A stretch of DNA of 64,000 nucleotides from an uncultured Acidobacteriota bacterium. Lineage in GTDB: Bacteria; Acidobacteriota; Terriglobia; UBA7540. The notes beneath the pieces are model-generated. The model was not told the origin of the DNA and did not search any database. It was given only the letters and a program-made list of their open reading frames with translations. The stretch is taken from contig CAWDSK010000006.1 of NCBI GenBank assembly GCA_963804995.1, positions 1,888,001 to 1,952,000 of the forward strand. Reading direction: 5' to 3'. A program made the position numbers and the translations under genes. This document shows positions 19,301 to 28,847 of this stretch, piece after piece (the stretch's first letter is position 1; each line of letters opens with the position of its first letter).

Positions 19301-20232
19301 CGCTCCTCGGAGATACCATCATTGGGGCTGGGGGGAGCACGAATTACAACGCCCTGCAGGTTTCCCTTAAGCATCCGTTCTCGAACGGGTTGACGCTGCT
19401 GGCTAACTACACGTGGTCCAAAGCAACCGGCCTCAACGGTGGCCCCGCGGGAACCTCCTTCGCGGAATCAGAGTTGTCAGACTATGGTGGTGTGGCGACA
19501 TGGGGCGGAGTTGACTACGGTAACCTAAATAACAACCGTGGCTTGCAATCATTCGATATCACGCACCGCTTCGTAGCCGCGGTAGTCTATGAATTGCCCT
19601 TTAACAAGGGCCAGGCGCTCGCACCCGGCAACAGCTTCGCCCGTGCCCTGGTCAGCGGGTGGCAACTTGCCCCTGTGGTGACTTTGCAAAGCGGAATGCC
19701 CTGGGGACCCAATTGCGGCGGCATGAGCGGGCGCTGTAACATTGTGGCCGGCGAACCGGTGACTGTGCCGAAGAACCTTCAACACTGGTACGACGGCAAT
19801 ACGTCCGTCACGCTTCCTGATGGGCGCTCCATCACACCAGCGGCGAATACTTACCTCCTGTATAACCCGGACCGTTACACCGCTCCGATCGTCCAGTTTC
19901 CAAATGGCACGTACGCGGTGGATCAATATTGGTACGGGCAGACGGCGAAGTACCAGCCGGGGTTGCGCACCCCCTGGTACGCCAATGTGGACCTTTCTAT
20001 CCAACGCGAAATCCCCATCCGGGAAAGGCTGCGGCTGCTGGTGAGGGCGGACGCCACCAATGTCTTCAACCGGACCAGCTTCTACCCCGGTGCGATGATC
20101 GGCGGCGGCGGCGCCGTGACCGACTCGGGCTCCTCTGCCTTGGGCCTGAACTCGAATATCTCTACCGGCAGCTTGAACCCCCAACTCTACGACCCTAGAA
20201 TAATCACCTTCTCGGCCTATCTGAAGTTCTAA
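16318..20232 (+). CDS. TonB-dependent receptor with carboxypeptidase-regulatory-like N-terminal domain (Oar-like)
   Basis: ITGIVTD.SGA.VP.ATV..., TKSGTN.LHG.LYYY.RN..LDA, LTLNLGLRWE, SPRLGAAY, C-terminal Phe. The true start may be downstream of 16318. Confidence 0.92.
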   Translation: MTPEALAPFIRERETRLIFKTPRVLIINNANLGKLRCYNFLAALLGICLTAGMGMSQIRSSVITGIVTDVSGALVPNATVMVRDQLTNLTYPSKTNGAGQYTVPYLPEGRYSVTVTAEGFQTYVKTDIVLETATTMRVDAALTVGAVSTTVEVKANAAALQTENGTVHGTVNAQFIDAIPNTNRNPLLYAGLVAGVVPDAEAKDAVFLGIGHGNRQALSAIHMNGSIEGSNDITMDGVSVQGAGWHEMAVMPDTDALQEVRVTTNTFTADTGSAQGVIAMGTKSGTNTLHGDLYYYLRNEALDAAGMYNNLYGFKKPAYRLNQGGGSIGGPVIIPHLYNGKDKMFFFVNFMRLTHSDPLRLVATVPTDLQRKGDFSQTMIPGVSGQPEHVNLYNPFLATPYNGSTTVVQRPIYAGALIPAAGSGPGSMNPYGQKILQAYPEPNATPDAFGNNNYHFNGTTPEFRNALSARWDYRLGQKNSLYATGGFSIAASTPPNAWGPSNQFSNNNGNVTNSVGIVSDHNPYGSLGDVITLNPTTVIDVHYGFTRISSLSGTPNRGWTDYTQWGMPADLLPLISAYGEAMSVGSWGWGGPITQLNFDSWTHKNEHQNNHDIVGNLTKVAGRWTFKAGAEYRVYLSNWQDLEQSTPLLNTADVGNASTAQYANIDGTGSSLNIDPAQQGLPFVDLLTGVAGFSLDPGCGTILALAAKYFALYSQNEWKVTNKLTLNLGLRWEVQPGPTERFNRLANIDLNAPSPYQAASYLNPQGGLGLVGFAATSGHPRNMWNTQWGNVSPRLGAAYQLNNETVLRGGFGRSYYNSNTGFNANGLIYGQVPFSGGVESIPYGLTPNGLPIGTFDQPQNSLAFGGLGAVQTPYIYGNAQGSCCGWFPQNHPNSYVDQWNFFVERSFGRAWTLSAGYVGSHGSNLIWRGFHLNGTYQVPQSTLMDYRAGWIASNGTDDPAQAQVPNPLPALIGKTPGPIGNTTIPAIDLHLPWLALLGDTIIGAGGSTNYNALQVSLKHPFSNGLTLLANYTWSKATGLNGGPAGTSFAESELSDYGGVATWGGVDYGNLNNNRGLQSFDITHRFVAAVVYELPFNKGQALAPGNSFARALVSGWQLAPVVTLQSGMPWGPNCGGMSGRCNIVAGEPVTVPKNLQHWYDGNTSVTLPDGRSITPAANTYLLYNPDRYTAPIVQFPNGTYAVDQYWYGQTAKYQPGLRTPWYANVDLSIQREIPIRERLRLLVRADATNVFNRTSFYPGAMIGGGGAVTDSGSSALGLNSNISTGSLNPQLYDPRIITFSAYLKF

Positions 20233-20452
20233 CAGTCTGGCGTGTCGCTTTGCGACACCCGGGGCTGGCGCAGACTCCCGATTTTGGGAGTCTGCGCCAC
20301 CCGCTGATCACCTCCGATAACGGGCCGCAGTTTATCGCGCGTGTCCAAAATAATGAATACGGGGCGAGCAGGTAGCGCGTCTATAACGGCATCGGCGTTG
20401 TCAAGGGCTTTTTGGGCAACACGACTCCTCCGCTAGGGGCACCCCTGGTGGG

Positions 20453-21782
20453 CATAAGCGTTAACCTAAGAGAATCGGATACCGGCTCCTGGTGCGCGGG
20501 GTGTCCGCCATCAGGCAGGTGATGGCGTGCCAGCGACGCAGGACCGTGGCGAGACTTCGGGGCAGCAGTAGCGCCGTGCGCACTTGCCGGTACATGAATT
20601 CAACCTCGCGCCAACGGCTCCGGCGCGGCTGCCAAGGAGTACCCCCAGGGGGAAAATGCACTCGCCGTGTCCACCCTGTGTTCGATCAGCAGTCCGACGA
20701 AGAGCTTGCCCTCCCGCCACGCCTGAGAACTGAGCGGATCGGTTTTGGGCAAATGACCGAGGCCCAAGATGGATTTCATCCGCTTAAACACCCGTTCAAT
20801 CTGCCAGCGCAGCCGATACATCTCCAGGATCAATCGGGCCTCGGGATCGGTGCGCAGCGTCGTCCAAACCAGGAAATAGTGGGTGAATTCCCGCGCCTCC
20901 TCCGCCAGGGTGCGGTGTTTGTGCTGCGCTTCTCGTTGCTGCCGCCGGAATTGGGCATCGGCCGCTTCCGCACTTTGCCGTAGCGCGACCAAGCGTCCCG
21001 CCGTCCATCCGCCCTGCGGGTTTTGAACCTGGGCCTCCCACTGGCGCGGCGATTTACCCTTGAGCGAGCGCAGTAGTGGCAACAAAGCCAGTCGCCGTCC
21101 GGCGTGATCAAACAGCGGCAACGTGCCGCGGTTCACTCGCACCAGCACATCGGCACCCGCGCCCACCACGTGCGCGATGCCAGGAGGGCTGGCATACACC
21201 CGGTCCCCCATCAGAATGTCCCCGGCCACCACGGGTACGCGCCGGAAGGTTTCTCCCCCCTGCCGGATGTCCGTCAAGGCGAAAAAGTCGCACTGCAGGT
21301 CGGCCACATTCACCGCGTAATGAACCTTCCAGTCGGCCCCCCTGGCCCCCGGCTCGCAAACCGTGGTCGCGTCCACCGCGCGCCACCTTCGACCCCGCGC
21401 GGGCAGCGGCAGCAGCGCCCCTCCCCGCATTTGTTGCGCCAGCCAACGCAGCCAGGGCTCGGCGGCCCGCAACCGCTTGAATACTCCCACCGCACTGATC
21501 TGTGCCAGGCCCGCCGTCGAGGCGCGCGCCGCCGTCTCCGCCAACGAACAACCGCTGGCCAAGTGCAGCAGCAAGATGCGCAGCACGGTGGCCGGCTCCT
21601 GGATGTAACGTGCCCGCCGCAGCGCCCCCAACTTCCGCGCCTGTTCATCCCATCCCACCGGCAAAAAACTAGTCAGTACTTCCCAATCCTCGAACTCCCC
21701 CAGCGATGCTTTCGTCTGCCTCATGAGCCCCAAGCATACAGCCCTTGCCACGAAAACTCAAATTCTTAGGTTAACGCTTATG
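20453..21782 (-). mobile_element. IS4-family insertion sequence
   Basis: Terminal inverted repeats CATAAGCGTTAACCTAAGA / TCTTAGGTTAACGCTTATG enclose a DDE transposase; the element sits in the loop of a GGGCACCC...GGGTGCCC REP stem. Confidence 0.9.
20600..21751 (-). CDS. IS4-family DDE transposase
   Basis: VDAT, GDRVY and the Y..RWQIE..FK (YREK) signature. Confidence 0.92.
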   Translation of the reverse strand: MARAVCLGLMRQTKASLGEFEDWEVLTSFLPVGWDEQARKLGALRRARYIQEPATVLRILLLHLASGCSLAETAARASTAGLAQISAVGVFKRLRAAEPWLRWLAQQMRGGALLPLPARGRRWRAVDATTVCEPGARGADWKVHYAVNVADLQCDFFALTDIRQGGETFRRVPVVAGDILMGDRVYASPPGIAHVVGAGADVLVRVNRGTLPLFDHAGRRLALLPLLRSLKGKSPRQWEAQVQNPQGGWTAGRLVALRQSAEAADAQFRRQQREAQHKHRTLAEEAREFTHYFLVWTTLRTDPEARLILEMYRLRWQIERVFKRMKSILGLGHLPKTDPLSSQAWREGKLFVGLLIEHRVDTASAFSPWGYSLAAAPEPLARG

Positions 21783-21823
21783 CCTATAAGGGGTGCCCTG
21801 AAGTCGGCCCTGCCGACGGGGGG

Positions 21824-21950
21824 GGTAGCCACGGACAATGCATCTCTGTCCGTGGGCTTTTCCTTTGATACCAAAACCCCTGGTCAATTGTGGCTGTGGT
21901 ATTGCGCGTGAGAAAGGCCCACGGTCAAGAATGCGCTGACCGTGGCTACC
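21824..21950. repeat. GGTAGCCACGG...GGCTACC REPIN-like element
   Basis: Near-identical to 28229-28350 and to the 3' part of 15645-15796. Confidence 0.85.
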
Positions 21951-21975
21951 AGAGCGTAGGGGCACCGAAGATTAG

Positions 21976-21996
21976 ACATGACCAACATGGTCATGT
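21976..21996. promoter_or_regulatory. Palindromic operator upstream of the TA operon
   Basis: ACATGACCA-ACA-TGGTCATGT perfect inverted repeat ending 17 nt before the antitoxin ATG. Confidence 0.6.
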
Positions 21997-22013
21997 TGGG
22001 TTATCATGGCGGT

Positions 22014-22302
22014 ATGCGTAGAGTAAATATTGGTGACCTGAAAGCTCGAACTCAGCGCCCATATCCAGCGCGTACGGCGGGGGGAGGAGGTGCTGGTGTG
22101 CGAGCGCAACAAACCCGTTGCAAGAATCGTACCGATTCGCCTCGAAGACCTTTCCGAGCAGGAACGGCGGCTGGTGGCGCGTGGCATTCTGACGCCTCCG
22201 CTAAAAAAACGGTCCGGACCCGTGGCGTGGCCGGAGCCTCCGGGCAATGTTCCCGGTAAGGTCATGGAGCGGTTATGGCGGGAAGAACGCGACAGCCGGT
22301 AA
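22014..22302 (+). CDS. Phd/YefM-family antitoxin (one frameshift near 22050, probably a sequencing error)
   Basis: Removing one A gives MRRVNIGDLKARLSAHIQRVRRGEEVLVCERNKPVARIVP. Confidence 0.85.
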
Positions 22303-22734
22303 CGCGGGTTTCGGCCTTTTGGGATGCGAGCGCGCTGGTCCCTCTCGCAGTGCGCCAGGCCATCACGCCTCGGGCCATTGCCTTGTACAAAAGTCACGGC
22401 GTGGTGGTCTGGTGGGCAACTCCGGTCGAGATCGCGAGCGCTCTGGCGCGCCTGGTGCGAATTAAGCAACTCAACTCCGGCGACTGGGTGACGGCTCGCA
22501 AGCTGGCGAAAAACCTCGCGGACTCGTGGTCAGTGGTCCAGCCGTCAGACAGCCTTCGCACCAAGGCGGCACAACTTCTGGAGCGCTATGACTTGCGGGC
22601 AGCAGACTCCTTGCAGTTGGCGGCGGCGCTCGAAGTGGTGCGAGGATGCGCCCCACGGCCGTGTCTTTCTGACCGCCGATCAGAGGCTACGAGAAGCGGC
22701 ATTGCTCATCGGCTTCGATGTAAGTCGGATGTAG
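22299..22734 (+). CDS. vapC: VapC-family PIN toxin (one frameshift near 22633; start codon uncertain)
   Basis: FWDASALV, EIASALAR, LRAADSLQLAAAL; the corrected tail reads EWCED...FLTADQRLREAA..IGF. Confidence 0.85.
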
Positions 22735-22796
22735 TAACGACCCACCAGCCGCGGCGAATCCGCTTATGGCTCCCCACTGACTGCTAAACACCCCCA

Positions 22797-22947
22797 GGTA
22801 GCCACGGAGTCGCCGCGGCGACACCGTGGCTACCATCTCGTAGGGGCGCCCCTCGTGGGTGCCCTGTGGTCGGCCCTGCCGACGGTGAGGGCAGGCACGA
22901 CCCGTCGCCCGAAGGCTCTGGGCCGCAGGGCGAGGCCTGCCCCTACG
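22797..22947. repeat. Tandem GTAG-type REP elements
   Basis: GGTAGCCACGG...CCGTGGCTACC followed by CGTAGGGGCGCCCCTCGTGGGTGCCC...GGCCTGCCCCTACG; a similar block lies at 24033-24160. Confidence 0.85.
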
Positions 22948-23022
22948 AGCGGGCAGCGGGTAGTCACCGGCGTGATATAGTTGGCCGCGGTAGTTTGAAC
23001 TCATATTGGAAAAGGTGAACAC

Positions 23023-24015
23023 ATGGACAGTAAGAAACCCAGTAGCGACGAGAACTCCTTTTCGGAAAGCAGCCGGCGTGATTTCTTAAAGACTGCCACC
23101 ACCGTGGCGGCAGGCCTGGCGGTGCCGAAGGTGCTTGAGGCCGAAGCCGATGGCGCGCTGCCCACGGTGAGCCTGGGGCCCCACCGCGTTACGCGGTTGA
23201 TTGTCGGCAGCAATCCCATCCGCGGGTATTCGCACTTCAACCCGATAACGAACCAGCAGATGGTGGAGTGGTATACGGATGAGCGCGCCGCGCAACTGCT
23301 GCTCAACTGCCAGAAGGCAGGCATCAACACCTTTCAAGCGAGCTACTTTCAGGATCGCTGGGAACGGATCTGGGACCTCTTTCACAAGAAAGGCGGTCAC
23401 CTTCAGTGGATCTACCTGACCTCGGCCGCCGACCTCAACCCGCAAGCACGATACACCACTCCCGAAGCGATTCGCGATGGCCAAATCACCGCCATCAAGA
23501 CGCTCGTGAAACACAAGCCCATCGCCATGGTCCACCACGGCGGGCACACGGATTCTCTCTGGAGGGCCGGCAAGCTCGAGTACCTCAAAACCTATATCGA
23601 TAAGGTGCACGATCTTGGATGCCTGGCGGGAGTTTCCACCTCCAACCCCAAAATTCTGACCACGCTTGAGGAAGAGGGATTCGAGAACGACTTCTATATG
23701 GCGGGGCTGCATTTTGTCGACCGCCGCCCCGAAGAGTGGATGAAGGAAATCGGCACTGTTCCCGTGGATGAGGGCTGGATTGCCTCCGACCCTCCGCGCA
23801 TGGCCGAAGCCGTCCGCCAGGTCAAGAAACCGGCTCTGGTCTATAAGGTTTTGGCAGCCGGCCGCAAATGCCAGTCTGAAGAGCAGAAACGCGAGGCGAT
23901 CGCCTGGGCCTACAAGAACATCAAGCCAACCGACGCGGCCATCATCGGCCTTTACCCGCGGTATTCCGACCAAGTCACGGAAACCGTCAAGATGATGCAA
24001 CAGGCCCTGGCGTGA
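23023..24015 (+). CDS. Tat-signal hypothetical protein, possibly a divergent aldo/keto-reductase-like barrel; paralog of 27132-28151
   Basis: SRRDFLK signal; LP.V.LG...VTRLI.G.N...GYSH, GINT and KP...YKVLAAG shared with the paralog. Confidence 0.75.
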   Translation: MDSKKPSSDENSFSESSRRDFLKTATTVAAGLAVPKVLEAEADGALPTVSLGPHRVTRLIVGSNPIRGYSHFNPITNQQMVEWYTDERAAQLLLNCQKAGINTFQASYFQDRWERIWDLFHKKGGHLQWIYLTSAADLNPQARYTTPEAIRDGQITAIKTLVKHKPIAMVHHGGHTDSLWRAGKLEYLKTYIDKVHDLGCLAGVSTSNPKILTTLEEEGFENDFYMAGLHFVDRRPEEWMKEIGTVPVDEGWIASDPPRMAEAVRQVKKPALVYKVLAAGRKCQSEEQKREAIAWAYKNIKPTDAAIIGLYPRYSDQVTETVKMMQQALA

Positions 24016-24556
24016 AGACGCTTCTCTTGAGCCGGTAGCCATCTCGTAAGGGCAATCCTCGTGGGTGCCCTGAAGTCGCCCTGCCGACGGTGAGGGCACC
24101 CACGCCCCGTCGCCCGAAGGCTTGGGCCTGCCACCCGAAGGCTTTGCGCCGTAGGGTGGGCCGCGCTTTTGCCACAATACATTTGCTCACAGGCACACGA
24201 AGAACCGCAGACCTCAACGGCGGAGGTCTGCGCTACGCCGCGGGTGGCCCTCACGGGCCCCGGTGGTAGCACAGCCACTCCTGGCTCTGACAGACAAACA
24301 TCACAGGCAGGAGTGCCTGTGCTACAAAAGCGGGAAGCGCAAAGTCTGATGCTTTCGTGTGTGTTGACCTTGACACTGTGCGGTACTAGCATAGAACTGT
24401 TCGGGCTTAATCCATCCAGCTCGGGAGGCCGCTTATAGACGCAGACCAGCAGCCCGAACCCCGACGATTCGAACGCGTACCGAGCAGAATCTCCGTCACG
24501 CTGGCCCTGCAAAGCTAGAGTTGGAATCGGAAATTGCAGTTGAATGAAGTTGGGCA

Positions 24557-26248
24557 TTACGTAACACTCCCCCCGTAGCCCCCTGAGCCGAAGGATGGTC
24601 CGAACGTTCCCGCTGGCTGTTCGGCTGTGAGTCTCCGCGATTCGGCCTCTAACTCGTTTGCGACATCCTGCGCGTATTTTATGAAGTGATGTCCTGAAAG
24701 CAGAATTGCAAATCCCATGCCCAACTTCGGAGGGTTCCGGAACCAGCGCGTGAGGATCTGCAGCAGGAACTTCCAGTACTGTCTCCGATAGGACGAGAGG
24801 ATGCCTTGGTGGAAGACGGAGCGAACTAGAATGCCAAGCATGAGCGAGAACGAAGAGGAAGAGGACGTCGCTTTCTGCTCCGCCAGTGTTTCCCACTGGA
24901 GAAGCGAACGATAACCCCGATTGTAGAATGCTGACGGAGAATAAAGGGAAAGGAGCGTATCGCGCAAACCCCGCAAGAGGACAGGGAGCGGGAGGAGGGT
25001 TTGAAAATTGGGCGGGTTGAAGTTGTTGCCCGTGTTTTCCACCAGTAATCGTCCCTGTTCCAACATTCGATCGTGGAGGGGAGTTGTGGTCAGCGCTTGC
25101 AGGAAGCCGAGCATGGCCCAGGGAAGGGCTGCGCTCTCAATGAATTCTCTTTGCCGTTCGAAGATGTCCTCCGTATCCGAATCGAAACCGATAATGAAGC
25201 CTCCCGTCACCCAAAGGCCTTGACTCTGGATGGAGCGGATCGAATCGAGCTGATTACCCCGCAGATTTTGGTATTTCTTGGCTTCCGTCAGGGACTCTTC
25301 GGAGGGACTCTCGATCCCGACGAAGACATAATAAAAGTTCGCCCTGACCATGGCTTTGATCAACTCCGGCCTCTCGGCGAGATCGATCGAGGCTTCGGTG
25401 TAAAACAAGAATGGAAAATCGTGAGATTTCTGCCACTCTTCCAGGCTCTGGGCCAATTCGAGAGCGCGCTTATGGTTGCCGATAAAATTGTCGTCCACGA
25501 TAAAGACTAAGTCGCGCCAACCCAGCTCAAACAGGGCATCGAGCTCCGCCAGCAACTGACGCGGAGACTTCGTTCGCGGCTTCCTTCCATAGAGGGTGAT
25601 GATGTCGCAGAAGTCACACTGGAATGGACAGCCCCGCGAGAACTGAACCGCCAGGGAGGCGTACTTGCTGATTTGGAGCAGATCAAACCGCGGGACCGGC
25701 GTCTTGCTGATATCGGGCTTGTCCTTAATAACGTAAAGCCGCTTCGCGGAGCCCCGCTCCAGATCAGTAGCGATTCCATCGAAAATCTCATCGGGCTCGC
25801 CGACAACTACATGGTCCGCCAGTCGAAGCAGAACTTGCGGTTCACTACTTGCGTAAGGTCCCCCAATCATCGTTCGCTTGCCAAGGGCCCGGGCCCGGAG
25901 GAGCGTCTCACGAATGTCCTCTTTCTGGACGGCCATGCCGCTGACCATAACGAGGTCGGCCCAAAGAAGGTCCCTGTCCAGCAGATCTTCAAAGCTTCGA
26001 TTAACCAGCTTCAACTTCCAGTTCTTCGGACAGAGCGCGGCTACGGTGAGCAGACCCAGAGGGGGATGGATGGTTTTTTCCGGAATGAGATCCAGCATTG
26101 CTTCAAAGCCCCAGAAAGAAGGCGGAAAGCGTGGCCATACCATAAGAGCTTTGATCGCTGCACCGAGAGGAGGAAAGCTGAGCGGATCGCCGCGGTCCTC
26201 GGTTAGCACCGAGGGGGGTGGCTCCTGGAAGTCCGCCGCCTGAAACAT
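24557..26248 (-). CDS. B12-binding class B radical SAM protein (DUF4070-type; HpnP-like family)
   Basis: PPLGLLTVAA cobalamin domain, SRGCPFQCDFC CxxxCxxC motif, FIVDDNFIGN, GFIIGFDSD. Confidence 0.88.
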   Translation of the reverse strand: MFQAADFQEPPPSVLTEDRGDPLSFPPLGAAIKALMVWPRFPPSFWGFEAMLDLIPEKTIHPPLGLLTVAALCPKNWKLKLVNRSFEDLLDRDLLWADLVMVSGMAVQKEDIRETLLRARALGKRTMIGGPYASSEPQVLLRLADHVVVGEPDEIFDGIATDLERGSAKRLYVIKDKPDISKTPVPRFDLLQISKYASLAVQFSRGCPFQCDFCDIITLYGRKPRTKSPRQLLAELDALFELGWRDLVFIVDDNFIGNHKRALELAQSLEEWQKSHDFPFLFYTEASIDLAERPELIKAMVRANFYYVFVGIESPSEESLTEAKKYQNLRGNQLDSIRSIQSQGLWVTGGFIIGFDSDTEDIFERQREFIESAALPWAMLGFLQALTTTPLHDRMLEQGRLLVENTGNNFNPPNFQTLLPLPVLLRGLRDTLLSLYSPSAFYNRGYRSLLQWETLAEQKATSSSSSFSLMLGILVRSVFHQGILSSYRRQYWKFLLQILTRWFRNPPKLGMGFAILLSGHHFIKYAQDVANELEAESRRLTAEQPAGTFGPSFGSGGYGGSVT

Positions 26249-26655
26249 ATCGCCCTTCCCACGTGTATCCCGCGGCTTTCACATTATGGGTGCGCGGTCA
26301 TTTGAGCGGGGTCGAATACCATTAGCCGGAATTTGCATTTTGATTTCCCCGCCCAATCGGTAACATACACCCGGCCGCCTCTGAATGGAAGGTCCCGAGT
26401 TTCCAGTGCTGGGTGCTTCCACCGACCACGGAAGGGATCAGTTTCATATCGAAGGTTCGTTGGAAAGAGTACATCTCGGAAATCTGGGCTTATGGGGGAA
26501 CCCATTTCCATTATGCAGCAGCGAACGGGAAAGTAGACCTGACAGTGAAGAATATCCGGACTCGATCAGCCCGCCATGGCCTGACGGGCAGGCTCGGATG
26601 CGATGTCAATGTGGGGGGAGCGTGCATCGAAAGTGTTGCGATGGATTAACCAGCG

Positions 26656-26844
26656 AGCGGGTAGCGCAAAGTCTCGTGCGTTCCGAAACTCTGCGGCTCT
26701 TCGTTTGTTGGGTGCGACCGCCGATCATCGCTTTATGGCCTCCAGGGAAACAAGATTAGCACTTCAGGTGTCAAAGCCATGTGCTAATAATACAGTGCAT
26801 GTTTATCATAATATTAAGAACCGCACGGCACTGCGCTACCCGCT
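26656..26844. repeat. 189-bp MITE/REPIN-like element with 13-bp terminal inverted repeats
   Basis: AGCGGGTAGCGCA ... TGCGCTACCCGCT; the internal part is repeated at 15966-16093. Confidence 0.8.
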
Positions 26845-27131
26845 GCCTGTGCTACAAGAGGCTAGCCAGCGACATGAATCGCATAGCTGAGCTCGCTATG
26901 CGCCAGCCGGCTCGATATTCCCGTGACCGCATACATGCCAAAATGCGGCACGTATGCGCCCCCCGCGAAAACTGAAGTCAGGAATTCTGATTGAAGCGCG
27001 AACAGAACCTTGATAGGGTGGCGGGGACTGGTCGGGAGTTGATTGCGGAACGGACGCAATTGATTCGCCGTGGCGAGTACTGCGGGCTTTCTTTGCGCTT
27101 CTCCTTCACCCCGACTCATGGGAGGCTTACT

Positions 27132-28151
27132 ATGTCTGATCTTCATAATCGTCGCGACTTCCTGAAAAACTCGGCGCTGGCCGCCCTGGGCGGTGCCGCC
27201 GCGCTGAATAGCGGAGAAAAGCCGGTCCTGGCAGCGCCGGCCGGGGACACAACCATCACCATGCCCAAGACCTTTCATAAGGGTCTTCCCACGGGCAAGC
27301 TCGGAACTCTCGATGTGACGCGCTTGTTCCTGGGGTGTAACCAAGTGAGCGGTTATTCGCATTCCCGCGATTTGAATTATGTGGGGCGCCTGATGAAGGA
27401 ATATCAGACGGACGACCGGGTCCTGAACACCTGGCAATTATGCGAAGAACAAGGCATCAACACTATACTTTCCGACCCCTTCGAGAAACCGGTGCGGCTC
27501 ATGAAGCGGTATCGCAAGGAACGGGGCGGGAAGATTCAATGGATCTCGGAGGTCCATCCCGAAAAGTATTACTACGATATCCGCCTGGCCGACATGAAGG
27601 AACACCTCAAGCAGGTCCTCGACAATGAACCCAACGCTCTTTACGTGCAAGGCGGGGTTTGCGATTCCTTTGTCCACCGGGGCCTGCTGGATGAGCTGGG
27701 TGAAGCCCTGGAACTGATGAAAAAGTCAGGCCTGCCTTCCGGCCTGGGGGCTCATTCTGTGGAGAACCCCAGGGCTTGCCTGAAGGCGGGTATGCAGCCC
27801 GATTTTTTCATGAAGACTTACCACGCGGAGGATTACTGGTCCGCCACCCCTCGAGCCCAGCGCGTTGAGTACCTCGTGGACGCACGCAGTCCCGACAATC
27901 ACGACAACATCTGGGATATCAGGCCCGAAGCAACCCGGGAGCTGATGGCTGGCGTCCAGAAGCCCTGGATTGCTTTTAAGGTGATGGCGGCGGGAGCCAT
28001 TCCCCCGGAAAAGGGTTTCCGGTTTGCCTACCAGGGTGGAGCCGACTTCATCTGCGCGGGCATGTTTGATTTCCAGATTGCCCAAGATGTGGCGATTGCC
28101 AAGAAGATCCTGGCTGAAAACTTGGACCGAACGCGCCCCTGGCTGGCCTAG
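27132..28151 (+). CDS. Tat-signal hypothetical protein, paralog of 23023-24015
   Basis: GGAGG RBS; NRRDFLK; LPTGKLG...VTRLFLG.N..SGYSH, GINT, KPWIAFKVMAAG. Confidence 0.78.
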   Translation: MSDLHNRRDFLKNSALAALGGAAALNSGEKPVLAAPAGDTTITMPKTFHKGLPTGKLGTLDVTRLFLGCNQVSGYSHSRDLNYVGRLMKEYQTDDRVLNTWQLCEEQGINTILSDPFEKPVRLMKRYRKERGGKIQWISEVHPEKYYYDIRLADMKEHLKQVLDNEPNALYVQGGVCDSFVHRGLLDELGEALELMKKSGLPSGLGAHSVENPRACLKAGMQPDFFMKTYHAEDYWSATPRAQRVEYLVDARSPDNHDNIWDIRPEATRELMAGVQKPWIAFKVMAAGAIPPEKGFRFAYQGGADFICAGMFDFQIAQDVAIAKKILAENLDRTRPWLA

Positions 28152-28228
28152 CTTCCGCCAGTCAACGTTGGGATTGCTGGTGTCGGGCGGCGGTGCTGGG
28201 CGGTTCGAGCTTCGCCGAGTAAGGAGCT

Positions 28229-28420
28229 GGTAGCCACGGACAGTGCTCTTCTGTCCGTGGGTTCTTCCTTTGATACCAAAACCCCTGGTCAATTGTGGCT
28301 GCGATATCGCGCAGGAGAAAAGCCCACGGTAAGGAGGGCTGACCGCTACCAGATAGCCGACAGCCACCCCCCGCAGAGACTTTTTACTTTTGCCTTTTGC
28401 ATTTTGCCTTTTGCCTTGCC
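28229..28420. repeat. REPIN-like element followed by (TTTTGCC)n heptamer repeats
   Basis: Copy of 21824-21950, then about five degenerate TTTTGCC units at 28382-28420. Confidence 0.8.
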
Positions 28421-28847
28421 CTTGCGGCTCTGCCGCGCTGCGCTGCCCAGATCCCCAATTACACAAACTCATTTTTGGCCTGGGTGGACAAGCCCTTGCG
28501 GGCCGGGCAAGCCATTTAGCCTCTACCAGATGTGGGGGCTCCCCCCCGCTTGAACCCGTCATGTTGTGGTTTTCCCTTTACAAGGCCCATCCGGTATGCT
28601 AATTATGCAGCGAACTCTTCGGGGGGCCTCGCGCCAGGTTTTTTGTACGCGCCAAAGCGGATGATTGTGTCCAGGTGGCACGAGCTCGCGTTGGGATGCC
28701 TTGGTTGGCCTGAACGCGCCAGCCGCAAGGGCGTTGACTCGCGCTTTGTCGCCGGCTTTACTCAGGTGCCCACGATGCCTCAGGCTTTCAGAAAGAGACA
28801 ACCTCAGGACCTCAAGCCTCCGATAGCTTGGGCAGCAGGAGTGCAAT

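Noticed and set aside
23086..24896. Long minus-strand ORFs 23086-24177 and 23952-24896
   Set aside because: They overlap real genes and REP clusters, as expected for shadow ORFs in GC-rich DNA.
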